This document shows, piece after piece, positions 51,457 through 62,535 of a DNA stretch of 64,000 nucleotides; within the stretch, counting starts at the first letter, position 1; every line of letters starts with the position of its first letter. Below the pieces are notes generated by a model, which was given only the letters and a program-made list of their open reading frames with translations, was not told where the DNA came from and made no database searches. Where the stretch lies: positions 2,784,001 through 2,848,000 of the forward strand of contig CBDFKD010000002.1 in the NCBI GenBank assembly GCA_965248695.1, in the 5' to 3' direction. Made by a program: the position numbers and the translations under genes. This DNA comes from Acidobacteriota bacterium (GTDB taxonomy: Bacteria > Acidobacteriota > UBA890 > WLXD01).

Positions 51457-52716
51457 TGACCTGACCCCCGAAAACGGATCCGGATGTAATCTCACGATCT
51501 GGGTCAAGAACGGGAGGTCAGAATGCCGAGTAAGAGGCACAGCGCCGAGCAGATCGTACGCAAGCTCCGGGAGGCTGAGGTGGAGCTGGCTCGAGGGGCG
51601 ACGGTCAAGGATGCCTGCCGCAAGCTAGCAATCACCGAGCACACCTACTACCGGTGGCGGCGAGAGTACGGCGGACTGAAGCTCAACCAGGCCAGAAAGC
51701 TCAAGCAACTGGAGAAGGAGAATGCCCGGCTCAAGAGGCTGGTGGCGGAAAAGGAACTCGACCTGTCGATCCTGAAGGAAGTGGCGGAGGGAAACTTCTG
51801 AGCCCAGCTCGGCGGCGAGAGGCGGTGGCACATGTACGGGGGCGGCTGGGCGTCTCGGAGAGGCGGGCGTGTCGGGTACTGAAACAACCACGCACGACAC
51901 ACCGGTACGTGCCAAGAGAGCCGCAACAGGAGCAGATTTTGACGGAGCGGATCGTGGATTTAGCCCGACAGTACGGGCGCTACGGATATCGGAGGGTGAC
52001 AGCGTTGCTGCGCATGGAGGGCTGGTCCGTGAACCACAAACGAGTGCAGCGTATCTGGCGGCGCGAAGGGCTGAAAGTACCGAGAAAACAGCCCAAACGA
52101 GCACGGCTGTGGCTGAGCGATGGCTCCTGCATCCGGCTGCGCCCACAGCACCGGGATCATGTCTGGGCGTATGACTTCCTGCACCACCGGACGCACGACG
52201 GTCGGGCTATGAGGCTGCTGACGATCGTCGATGAGTACACACGAGAAAGCCTGGCGATCCATGTAGCACGGAAGCTCAACTCTGAGGACGTGCTGGAGCA
52301 GCTCGGGAGGTTGTTCGTACACCGGGGCATACCTGAGCACATCCGGTCGGATAACGGACCAGAGTTCACCGCCGAGGCGGTTCGCGACTGGCTGGGCCGG
52401 TTGGGCGTGGGGACGCTGTTCATCGAGCCGGGCTCGCCGTGGGAGAACGGTTACGTGGAGAGCTTCAACGGCAAGCTACGCGACGAGCTGCTGGATGGAG
52501 AGATCTTCTACACGCTCAAGGAGGCAAAGGTTCTGATCGAGAGATGGCGTCAGCACTACAACCGCATGCGACCGCACAGCTCGCTGAGCTATCGGCCGCC
52601 CGCACCCGAAGCGACGTTGTTGAAGCCGGCTGCGCTCCGCTTCGCCGGCCTCAACAACCTCTTGTCAGCACCGAGTTACTGAGATAAGACATGGTACTAA
52701 CCGCGGGGTCAGGTCA
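51457..52716 (+). mobile_element. IS3-family (IS407-like) element, copy 1
   Basis: IRs TGACCTGACCCC...GGGGTCAGGTCA; orfA 51523-51801, orfB to 52682; no TSD. Confidence 0.95.
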
Positions 52717-52737
52717 GCCCCAATAGCAACCGAATCC

Positions 52738-53142
52738 GTGACCCTACAGCTGTTCCTGAGCGATTCCGCGAATCGCCGCCTGGTGCCGCGTATCCAGCGC
52801 CTCGACGCACCGCTGACGCTGGCGGCCAAGGCTCAGCTGGCAATTGAGCAGCTGATCGACACGCCGGGCTCACCGCTGCCCCGCGGAACCGAAGTGCGCG
52901 AAGTCTGGGTATCGACGGCGGGCATCGCCTACGTCGACTTCGGCGCCAATCTACCGATCTCGATGCGCAAGGGAAGCCTGGCGGAGATCCACGCCGTCTA
53001 TGGGGTCGTAGGCACGTTGACGACCTCGTTCCCGCAAATAAGGGCGGTGCAGTTCCTCATCGACGGCAGCAGCGTGGACACGCTCACCGGCCATTTTGAC
53101 CTCGCCGGGCCGATCCTCCCCCACCGCGATTGGCTCTACTAG
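52738..53142 (+). pseudogene. GerMN-domain protein, 5'-truncated by IS
   Basis: LPRGT, AYVDF, GS.AE...VY.VV.TL and VQFLIDG...TL.GH.DL. Confidence 0.8.
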
Positions 53143-53412
53143 TGGCCAGTAACAGATGATCGTTGCATATCGCAGATGGGATTTGCGGGTGAGATCAAGG
53201 CGCGGCGAGGATGTCGATGCAGTGGGCATCGTCGACGAGGCGCAACGCCGATATCGCCCGCAACCGCCCATCTGTCCGGAGGATGGCGGCGAAATCGGCC
53301 CGTCTGCGGCGTTGCTCCTCCTCCAAGATGGGCAAACATCGTCTCGTCGTCGCGCCTGGCATCCGGACCCATTTCGCCACCACGATATGCAACGATCATC
53401 TGTTACAGGCCA
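53143..53412. mobile_element. MITE-like element with 30-bp terminal IRs flanked by CTAG
   Basis: TGGCCAGTAACAGATGATCGTTGCATATCG ... CGATATGCAACGATCATCTGTTACAGGCCA (29/30 match); CTAG at 53139 and 53413. Confidence 0.85.
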
Positions 53413-53465
53413 CTAGGGCGTGCCGCGGGGTCCTGCGCGAAGCCCGCTACCTCGAAGCTGGCGCG

Positions 53466-54110
53466 ATGAGCGGCGCGGCGGCGCCGCCAGGCAACAGCGC
53501 ACGCATCGAGCTGCTCATCGGCACCCACAACCGCGCCAAGGTCGAGGAGATCGCTGCGCTGCTCGCGGCGGTGCCTTGGCGGTGCCGCGCACTGCCGGAG
53601 GGAGCTGACGAGTACCCCGAGAGCGGCGACACGTTCGCCGAGAACGCCCAAGGCAAGGCGCTGTACTACGCCCGGCTGACCGGGTCGGTCACGCTCGCCG
53701 ACGACTCGGGTCTGGAGATCGACGCCCTGGACGGCGAGCCGGGAGTCTACTCCGCCCGATACATCGATCCGGAGTTGTCGCAGCGGCAACGTAATCTCGC
53801 CGTGCTCGAACGCCTTGCCGGTGTTGCCGAGACGGACCGCAGTGCGCAGTTTGTATGCCATGTCGTGCTGGCGCGCCCGGATGCCCTGATATGCGAGCGC
53901 CACGGCGTCTGCACCGGCCGCATCACACGTCAGCCGCACGGCGAAGGAGGGTTCGGATATGACCCGATCTTTCGGGGCACGGGCGATACACGCACTTTTG
54001 CGCAGCTGACACGCGAGGAAAAGTCACAGCGCTCACATCGCGGCAAGGCCATCGCTGCGATGATCGAGTTCCTGCAAGGCTGGACCCCGGATTCGGAGTC
54101 CGGCTCATAG
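53466..54110 (+). CDS. rdgB: RdgB/HAM1 non-canonical purine NTP pyrophosphatase
   Basis: THN..K..E, ADDSGL, PGVYSARY, GFGYDPIF and SHRGKA. Confidence 0.95.
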   Translation: MSGAAAPPGNSARIELLIGTHNRAKVEEIAALLAAVPWRCRALPEGADEYPESGDTFAENAQGKALYYARLTGSVTLADDSGLEIDALDGEPGVYSARYIDPELSQRQRNLAVLERLAGVAETDRSAQFVCHVVLARPDALICERHGVCTGRITRQPHGEGGFGYDPIFRGTGDTRTFAQLTREEKSQRSHRGKAIAAMIEFLQGWTPDSESGS

Positions 54111-54154
54111 CACGAAGCAACTCGTCGCGGCGTTGTATCCTGAGCGCTGCACGA

Positions 54155-54228
54155 CGGGGTGTGGCGCAGCTTGGAAGCGCACCTGCTTTGGGAGCAGGGG
54201 GCCGGAGGTTCAAATCCTCTCACCCCGA
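54155..54228 (+). tRNA. tRNA-Pro(TGG)
   Basis: CGGGGTG/CACCCCG acceptor stem, CCTGC-TTTGGGA-GCAGG anticodon arm, GGTTCAAATCC T-arm; CCA not encoded. Confidence 0.95.
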
Positions 54229-54458
54229 CTTGGTTAAGGCCTTACGCACCAACAGGTTGCGCTCATCGGGTTATCAGATCCGGTGAGCGCGATTTGCTTT
54301 GGGAGGTTCTCGGGGGGGGCTCGTGTCTCAATAAGGGGGGCTGATTCCCGAAAAACAGGGGGGTATGGCTGATCGGGAGCGAGCGCCGTCCAATCGCGGC
54401 CGTTTCGGGCGATTCTCCGACAAAGCGGCGTCGAGAAGGTGTGAATCATCGCGTAATC

Positions 54459-54514
54459 GAGAGCGAGGGCCTGAAGAGCCCTGCGTCGGTGGTTCAATTC
54501 CGCCCGAGCCCACC
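54459..54514 (+). pseudogene. 3' portion of tRNA-Phe(GAA); att-like remnant
   Basis: AGGGC-CTGAAGA-GCCCT anticodon arm, GGTGG-TTCAATT-CCGCC T-arm, 3' acceptor strand CGAGCCCACC; 5' acceptor strand and D-arm missing. Confidence 0.8.
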
Positions 54515-54809
54515 TCAATATTCCCCGATTTTCATAGCTATTCCGGGGTTTTCTCGCTGCCCGTGCGCGCGACACCCTTTTCGCTATACGGGGTCATATT
54601 TGCCCACAATGCGCACCAAGTGGCACCAGATCGGCACCACACCACGTTAGGGATGTGCTTTCGGTGAGTGAGAAACCGTTGAGCGACAGCGCGCGGATCG
54701 GGGAAGAACCGAGCCAGACGGCGCTACGGGTCCGTCGGCACGAGCCGGTTTAGCTCGTCCAGTGACTCCCGCTTGAGACTCACCCGTCATCGCCTCGTCT
54801 CGACATAAG

Positions 54810-54827
54810 TCATGATCTATATCATGA
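54810..54827. promoter_or_regulatory. Operator-like palindrome upstream of the RES-Xre operon
   Basis: TCATGAT-CTAT-ATCATGA. Confidence 0.55.
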
Positions 54828-54868
54828 TATGGCTGTCAAGTCACCACCTAGGGGCTAGGAGGCTCGCC

Positions 54869-55353
54869 ATGGAAAGACCCGCAAAGACAGCAAGAGGACA
54901 TCCGTCGTGGCTACGAACTTCGTGCGGCTCGTCCGAACGAGTCAGACAGATACCATAACCAGCGGGCCTAACGGTCGCTTCCACGCCAGGCAGCCAACAA
55001 GCTACTTGGCAGACACGATTGAAACAGCAAGACAGGAGATAGCAGCGAGGCTCGGTCTTCGTAGAATCAAGCTCGGCGGGTTTCAGACAATTCACGTTGA
55101 CCTTGTCGGGCTAGACCTCGTGGATTTGACTGATGCCGACACGCGGAAACGATACGGGGCGTCGAGTGCAGACCTCACGGCTGTGCCGCCACCCCGAGCC
55201 TGTCAGGAGCTTGGTGCTCGACTTCGTTCGGAAGGTTACGACGGAGCGATCTACGAATCGGCCCGTGTTCGCGGCGCGCGGTGCGTGGTGCTGTTTCTCG
55301 AGAATGCTGGCGATCGACTCAGGGTAGAGAAGACCCACAAGAAACCGCCCTAG
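54869..55353 (+). CDS. RES-domain toxin (ATG 54869 is out of frame by one base; in-frame GTG at 54907)
   Basis: GRFH, YLAD..ETA..E, LVDLTD, ACQELG..LR..GYDGAIYESAR and VVLF. Confidence 0.8.
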
Positions 55354-55372
55354 GGCGGCAAAATGAGATCTT

Positions 55373-55768
55373 ATGGCGAATACTCAGCGTGTGGAGATGA
55401 AACGCCGCGGAAGGCATTGGCCTACGTTGGTCCGAGGGCTACGGCAAGACCTTTCGGGCGATACCGACCGGCCGCTGTCGCGGGCACGGTTCGCGCAGCT
55501 GCTGGGTGTGACGGAGCGCACTGTGGTTCGATGGGAGCAGGATGGTACGCGGCCTCCCATCGGCCGCAACGCGAAGACGCTCGCTCACATGGCCGAAGTC
55601 ATCGACGCACTCGGTGACATGATCTACGAGGAGGACCGGCTCGCGTTCTTCGCTGAGCCTCATCCGCTGCTATTGAATCTGCCGCCCATCGTGCTGTTAG
55701 GCCATGACACGGGCGCGAAGAGGGTCATGGAGCAGGTCGAGGCGGCAGCTACAGGTACGTTCGGATAG
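55373..55768 (+). CDS. Xre-HTH antitoxin with MbcA/ParS-like C-terminus
   Basis: LSRARFAQLLGVTERTVVRWE; FFAEPHPLL...P...L.....G...V......A.G.F. Confidence 0.8.
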   Translation: MANTQRVEMKRRGRHWPTLVRGLRQDLSGDTDRPLSRARFAQLLGVTERTVVRWEQDGTRPPIGRNAKTLAHMAEVIDALGDMIYEEDRLAFFAEPHPLLLNLPPIVLLGHDTGAKRVMEQVEAAATGTFG

Positions 55769-55926
55769 TCAGCGCATCTCGGCGACGCGGTGCGTGACTA
55801 TCGAAACCTCTCGCATGCGGGGCTGGAGGTGCGGCGCCAGATGACGTTCGGCAGAGAGGAAGCGAGAATCGCTGTGGACGTAGTGAATTTGGTCCAGCGT
55901 GACCTCAGCGAAGCGGCAAACGGCCA

Positions 55927-56438
55927 ATGCTGAAGAGCCTTGCTGAGGCTCTTGCGACTTTCTTTCAGAACCTCACCCTCACCCGACTGGTCGTAGTCCT
56001 GGTTGGTGTCGTGATATCGCTCTCGGCTGTGCTGTTCGCTGGCGATGCGGTGACTGGCTATTCCTTTTTCTGGACACTCAATCAGAAGACTGAATCCCTG
56101 CTCAGACTTCATGACACAGCGGAGCGCTTGGGCTTGGAGAGGTCCGGTGAGTTGGAGGAGATCTATCGGTCCTTGGTTGATGACCTGATGACACACGACG
56201 TACAGCCGTCCGTCGGCGCAGGGTTTTTCTCAAGAATCCCGTTCGCCGTCTATTACCCGCAAGATGGGATGGAAGTCACGGGCAAGGCGCTAAGCGCGTT
56301 GGTACTTCCGATCTTGTTCGTATTGGCGGCCTTGTTCAGGGTTGGGAAGGCGAAGATTGAAAAGAAGACGGTTTTCGGTCTGCTCGTGTTCTCTGCTGCG
56401 GCGGCAATCGTTGCGGTCCTGATCCCCACCATCATCGA
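55927..56438 (+). pseudogene. Membrane protein truncated by IS256 copy 2
   Basis: Three hydrophobic segments; reads into the IS end (DVPRMSW...). Confidence 0.65.
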
Positions 56439-57801
56439 GGATGTGCCCCGAATGTCGTGGAAATTGGATGAGCGTCTCCTCCGCGACGACGGATGATCCT
56501 ATCGGTTAGGCGGCCTGTTTGTCGGGGCCGCACGTGAGCTGAGCCAAGAACCGGTGGCCATCGATGCGTCGCATGCGGATCTGGCCGAAGGCGACCAGGC
56601 TCCACAGCAACGTCACCCCAGCGGCCTCGGTCGAGAACGAGCCCTGCGTCTTGGTACGACGACGGAACTCCCGGTTCAGGTTCTCGAGGGCGTTGGTGGT
56701 GCGCAGCGTCTTCCACATCGGCTTCGGGAACTGGTAGAAAGTCAGCAGGTTCAAGCCGGCCTCCTGCAGGCTCCGGGCCACGGCGGGCACGAGGGTCGAC
56801 CACTTGCGTACGAAGGCGGCGTAGGCGGCTCTGGCCTGGTTGCCGTCATCGGCCCGGACGATCGCATCCCAGTCCCGCTTCATCTCCGCACGTGCATGAA
56901 CCGGGCAGTGGTCGCGTAAGTTGCTCCACTTGTGTTGTGTGCACCGCTGCACCGACACATCGGGCCATACCTCGATCGCCTTGGCCAGGCCCTTGTGGCC
57001 GTCGGCGATCAGCACCTCCGGCGCCTGCAGCCCTCGTCTCACCAGCGACTCGATCAGTCCTTGCCAGTGCACCGCTGCCTCCGAGACCGCCAACTGCAAC
57101 GCTACCAACACCTTCTGGCCGTCGGGCTGGACCCCGAGCACCGCCAGTACCGGCGCCGACACGACCCGCCTCGCCAGCCTGACCTTCAGATGGAACCCGT
57201 CCAAATACAGGATCCAGTACCGCTCGCCTGACACATCTCGCTGTCTCCAGCGCTCGAAGTACGCCTTCAGGCGCCCCACCACCCTGGAGATCGTGCTCTT
57301 GGTCAGGTGCGCCTTGCCCAGCAGCGGAGAGAGCGCCTTGCGGATCCGCCGGGTGTTGGCTCCCGCCAGGTATGCTCCCAGGATCGCCTCGTCCACCTGC
57401 CGGGCTCGCCGTGCGTACCGTGGCAGGATCGCGCTGCGGAACTCTCGGGTGCTGCCGTCTTGCCCCACGATGCGCCCCCGCGGTATGTCCAGCTCCTGGA
57501 GCCCTTGGGCTGTCGTCACCCGACGCCTTTGGCTGCCGTTGCGGTAGCCTCGCCGCTGCCCGTTGCGCTCGTATCGGTCGCAACCCAGCGCCTCGGTGAG
57601 CTCCTCGTCAAGCGTCATCTGGATCGCCTCGCGGATCCTGGTGCGCAACAGCGCCTGTACGTCCTGCCGGAACTCGACGAGCCCGGTTCCCTCCGTGCTA
57701 ACCTGCTTCACGGCGTAGCCTCCTGCCGCTCGTGGCGGCTTTGTGTTTTTCCTACTCGGAGGTTACGCCATCTTTATTTCCACAGGACTCGGGCCGGATC
57801 C
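56439..57801 (-). mobile_element. IS256-family element, copy 2 (transposase 56506-57711)
   Basis: Reverse complement of 4391-5753; identical protein. Confidence 0.95.
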
Positions 57802-57986
57802 GTCGTTCGGGAAACCCGTAGTGCGGGCCTGGATCACAATGGTGCAATCCTCGCCGAGCGCATCGCTATCCACTGACAAGGGGCGGGACGACTTGGATTG
57901 CGCTGCCCAGCCAGACAACAGTCCGCAGGTGGCGATGAGTGCGACTGTCCGGACCAAGTGTCCCCGGTTACGCGCAGTTTGGATCC

Positions 57987-58550
57987 TCATGACAGCCGTA
58001 TCTCGAAGATCGCCCACGCCCCGAGCTTCTTCTTGTTCGGCGCTCGTACGAACCTGCCACTGTCTGTGGCGAAAGCCACGTAATGGAAATCCACGGACGG
58101 TAGGATGTCCACAGTGGTGCTGATCTGAATAATCGTGGTGCCGTCTGAAGTCGTGCTGATCGTGACCGGGCCAAAGAGGCTGAAGAATCCGCCCCCGGAC
58201 GGGATGCAAAGGGCTGTCACTTCGGCGTCGACTCCGAGGTACTTGCCGAGCCGGTTCGGCTTGCGGAATCCGGTGGTTTGGTCTTTGTCCGAGTCGATGA
58301 GGATTCCGTAGGCGAGATTCGTCACGGGGCCGGAGCAGTCGGGGGCCTCCGCCACCTCGATACGAATATCTACCCCGCGTCCTACGACCTTGCCCCATTT
58401 AAACTTGCCGGTCTCGACGAGTTGCGCCGAGATGATGTCCAGGTGCCCGGTCCGGGGGGCGGTCCCGTAGACAGGGGTGGCAAGCAGGACGCCCAGCAAG
58501 GCGATCCGCAGTCGGCGGGCGATCGTGGCGATCCTAGAGCGGTCGGTCAT
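57987..58550 (-). CDS. Secreted hypothetical protein
   Basis: Signal peptide; ILIDSDKDQTTG motif. Confidence 0.6.
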   Translation of the reverse strand: MTDRSRIATIARRLRIALLGVLLATPVYGTAPRTGHLDIISAQLVETGKFKWGKVVGRGVDIRIEVAEAPDCSGPVTNLAYGILIDSDKDQTTGFRKPNRLGKYLGVDAEVTALCIPSGGGFFSLFGPVTISTTSDGTTIIQISTTVDILPSVDFHYVAFATDSGRFVRAPNKKKLGAWAIFEIRLS

Positions 58551-58807
58551 GGATCCCTCAGAGGGTTTGCGAAGTCGGACGGGTGTCCGGTGCTCGAGAC
58601 GCTACAGGTCGAATCCCTGATGAACAATAGGTGCCGCCTCTAGCAAGAGAGCGTCCCGGAGGGATCCGATGAACGTCTATGCGGCTATCGTCCTCGAGTG
58701 GGTTCGTCCGACGAGCACAGCAAACAGCAGGACATCCCAGGTGATCGCCGCCGGTACAGCAAACGTCGGGATAAGCCACGTAGCTCCGACAGTCTCCCGC
58801 TTGCGCT

Positions 58808-58866
58808 TCCCCTTGCACTTCGACAAGAGGCTTGGCATGATTGTCTCTTGTCGAAGCAGAAGGGGA
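58808..58866. promoter_or_regulatory. Putative PadR operator inverted repeat
   Basis: CTTCGACAAGAG...CTCTTGTCGAAG perfect 12-bp arms, flanked by TCCCCT/AGGGGA. Confidence 0.65.
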
Positions 58867-58878
58867 ACGAGCCGGGGA

Positions 58879-59217
58879 ATGACAATGACCGATGACGCGC
58901 CAGACCTCCCGCAGGGAACTCTCGATCTGTTGATCCTGAAGACCGTCGCGTTGCAGGCCACACACGGCTGGGCGGTGGCGCAGCGCATCCAGCAGCTATC
59001 GAGCGATGTGCTGCAGGTTCGCCAGGGGTCGCTGTATCCGGCGCTGCATCGGCTCGAGCACCGGGGGCTGATCCGGGCGCACTGGGGTACTTCGGACAAC
59101 AATCGTAAGGCGCGCTTCTACGAGCTCAGCGCCGCTGGGCGGCGCCATCTGGAGAATCAGATGCGGCAGTGGGGCCGGCTGACGACGGCCGTCGCCCAGG
59201 TGCTCGAGGCGAGCTGA
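58879..59217 (+). CDS. PadR-family regulator (acidobacterial type)
   Basis: QGTLDLLILK...HGW...I.Q.S...L.V.QGSLYPALHRLE..G...A.WG.S.NNRKARFY. Confidence 0.92.
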   Translation: MTMTDDAPDLPQGTLDLLILKTVALQATHGWAVAQRIQQLSSDVLQVRQGSLYPALHRLEHRGLIRAHWGTSDNNRKARFYELSAAGRRHLENQMRQWGRLTTAVAQVLEAS

Positions 59218-59221
59218 GAGC

Positions 59222-61919
59222 ATGCGGCGACTCGGTTCCTGGCTGCGGGCGATGGTCTTTCGACGCCACCATCGTGACGAGATCGATGCGGAGCTGCGAT
59301 CGCATCTGCACGAGGAAGTGGAGTCGCTGGTGGGTTCGGGAGTCGCTCGGTCAGAGGCTGAACGTCGAGCGCGGGCCCAGTTCGGCAACCTGAAGGCGAT
59401 ACAGGAGGAATGCCGCGAGGCCCGCGGCACGCGGATTGCGGACGTCACCGTCCAGGATCTGCGCCACGGGCTGCGCATTCTGCGGCGCTATCCGGCCTTC
59501 TCGCTGACCGCGGTTCTCACCCTGGCACTGACGGTGGGTGCGGTGTCGACGGTGCTCACGGTGCTCAGCACGTTCTACTTCCAGCGCTGGAACGTGCAGC
59601 ACCCGAAGCAGATCGTCGAGGTGCAGGCGACGCGCAACGAGGGCACCCGTATCGCCCCGGTTTCCTGGGCCGAGTACGTCCATTTTCGCGACGCCACGCG
59701 CACGCTGCAGAATCTGGCTGCCGCCTACACCACGGCGCCGTTGCACATCACCACCGACGACGATGCCTTCGACCTCACCGGCGCGGCGGTGTCGGCCAAC
59801 CTGTTCCCGATGCTCGGTCTGGAGCCGGCGGCGGGGCGGTTCTTCCGCGCCGAGGAGGACTCCATTCCGGGCCGCGACCCGGTGGCGGTGATCAGCCACG
59901 AATTCTGGCGCCGCTGGTACGGGGGTGAGCCTGGCGCGATGGGCGCCACCTTGGTGATCAACGGCACCGGATTCGAGGTGATCGGCCTAGTGCCAGCGGC
60001 GTTCACCGGCTTCGATGCGGCGCCGGTGCAGATCTACATGCCCACCATGATGCTCGGGGTGGGCTACCGGTGGTGCTCGGTTCTGGAGGATATCGACTGC
60101 ACCATCCTGCAGATGTTCGGTCGGCTCGCCGATGGGGCCTCGGCCGCCACCGTGGAGGCGGAGATGCAGTCGCTGCATCCGACCCACTGGGCCGCTGCGG
60201 AACGCGGCGACAACTCGGGCACCGCCGTGCGCCAGGTGCGTGGCATGTACCAGAGCGGCGTGGATGAGCAGTTCATGAGCCTGCTGATGATCGTCGCCGG
60301 TGTCCTCTTCCTGGTGTGCTGTGCCAACCTGGCGGGTCTGCTGATTTCCCGTGGTCGGGCACGGACAGCGGAGCTGGCGCTCCGCGCATCGCTCGGAGCT
60401 TCGCGTCGCCGATTGGTGCGCCAGTTGTTGACCGAGGCCTTGGTGCTTGCGACCGTCGGCGGCGGTCTCGGCGTGTTGCTGTCGGTGCTGTTGACGCGCC
60501 TGCTGCAGGCCCGGTTCTACCTGCTCGACAGCTCCGGGCGGCCGCTGGTCTACGACTTCGGGCTGCGGCCAGAGATCGTAGGTGCGACGTTCCTCGTCGC
60601 GCTGGTCGCCGGCTTGCTGTTCGTATTGCTGCCAGCGTGGGGGCTGGTGCGCCGGACGGTCACCCTGGAGCGGGTGGCGTCGGCCGGCCGAACGTCGGCG
60701 CCGGTGCATCGCTGGCTGTTGGGTTTGCAGGCGGCGAGTGCGGTCGCGCTGGTGGTGCTCGCTTCGCTGCTCTCGGTGAGCGTTGGCGCGCGGGCACGCG
60801 AGGCCAACATCGAGCCTTCCCGAGTGGCGCTCCTTCGGTTGCGTCCGCGGCTCATGGAGTACTCGCCCGAACAGGCGCAGCGCTATCTGCGAGACGCGGT
60901 TGATCGCCTCGAGGCGTTGCCTGGAGTGGAGTCGGTGAGCGCCGTCGGTACAGGGATCGCCCTGATGGGCTTTGTCGCCGATGTCAGCGTCTCTGGCACA
61001 GCCTCGGAGGGCAGCGGCACCGAGGGCAGCGCCACCGAAGGCAACGCCACCGGGGACAATGCCGCTGAGGCACCGACGGCGGCGACGCGCGTGGGGTATA
61101 TCGAGATCGGCCCGCGCTACTTCGAGACCCTCGGCACCCCGGTGCTCCGCGGGCCGCGAGTTCGGCATCGACGACGACACCACGAGCTCACCGGTGGCGG
61201 TGGTCAGCGTGGCGCTCGCACGGCAGCTGTGGACCGATCGCGATCCGCTAGGCGCCGCGATTCGGGTCAACGACGTCGAGCACCAAGTGGTCGGGGTGGT
61301 GGCGGACGTACCGCTGCAGGGGCGCGGTGAACCATCGCGGCCGTACGTGTTCGTTCCCTTCTGGCAGAACCCCGAGCGGGTCGACGCCCGGCTGCAAGTA
61401 CGCGTCGACGGCAACCCGGAGACGATGCTCCCGACGCTGGTGCGCGAGGTTCGACAGGTCGACCCGCGGGTGCCGGTATCGGAGACCATCACCATGGAGT
61501 GGCGTCTGGCGGGTTTGTTTCGACCACTGCGTATGGGCGCCGCCACGGTTTCCTACGCCGGCGGCCTGACCGTCATGCTCAGCGCGCTGGGTCTGTACGC
61601 TTCGCTCGCTGCCGCCGTTGCCCGGCGGACCAAGGAGATCGGCATCCGTCAGGCGATTGGCGCCTCAGCCACCGGAATCCACGCCATGGTCGCCCGCGAG
61701 GGCATGCGCGTGATCCTGATCGGTGTTGTCGCCGGAGCCGGGCTGGCGCTGGCGAGCGCGCGAGTCTTCCGGCACCTGTTGTACGGAGCCGCGTCGGGTG
61801 ATGCGATCTACTACGTGCTGGCCGGCACCCTGGTCACGATCGTCGGTCTGTTGGCATGTTTCCTGCCCGCCAGGCGTGCCGCTCGCATAGCACCGATGAA
61901 GGCTCTGCGGGCCGACTGA
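59222..61919 (+). pseudogene. ADOP-type ABC permease (MacB/FtsX duplicated), frameshift near 61150
   Basis: QDLRHGLR.L, CANLAGLL, RASLGASR.RL and RRTKEIGIR.AIGA; split over ORFs 59222-61330 and 60972-61919. Confidence 0.88.
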
Positions 61920-62314
61920 TCTGGAGGGCAGCTATCACGGACGAAGCGCTCGGTACCGTAGGATCCCTCGCGCTAGTGGGGGCCGCCCGAGACGATCGGC
62001 GTCTGTTGGCGTCGCCCCACCGGCGGAAGTCTCGAGGAGGGGTGCTCGACACCTCGCAACGATGGGTCGCGCGGCCATGTCTCTTACCGCCGGCCCTACG
62101 GCACAATAAGCGACTGCTCGTGGAGCGCCCTGCATCGTTGTTTATGCCGGACCCTTGCAACCAGAAAAGCCTACGAAACGGCAGCTGGCCACCTCGAAGG
62201 GTGTCGCGCCGCTGCTGCCCCTGTCTTGGTCTCTGATCGTAAAAGGGACCCTTCGGCCGTTTCATGTGTAGTGGGATGGGCACGGCGCAAATTCTGACGG
62301 GAGGCAATCGGTGA

Positions 62315-62535
62315 TGACCTGCCCCCCAATAATCGGGCCAGTCTGAGAGTTAGGATTTGAGGCTCTCAGGATGGCTCGGGAAGGGGGAAGAATGGCGCGG
62401 AAGCGGTACACTGTAGAGCAGATCATCGCCAAGCTCAGGGAGGCAGAGATCGAGCTAGCGAAAGGGGCCAAGACACCGGAGGCATGCCGCAAGCTGGGAA
62501 TCAGCGAGAACACGTATTACCGGTGGCGCAAGGAG
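62315..62535 (+). mobile_element. Left-end fragment of the IS3 element seen at 32612
   Basis: Identical to 32612-32832; cut by the next IS. Confidence 0.92.
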
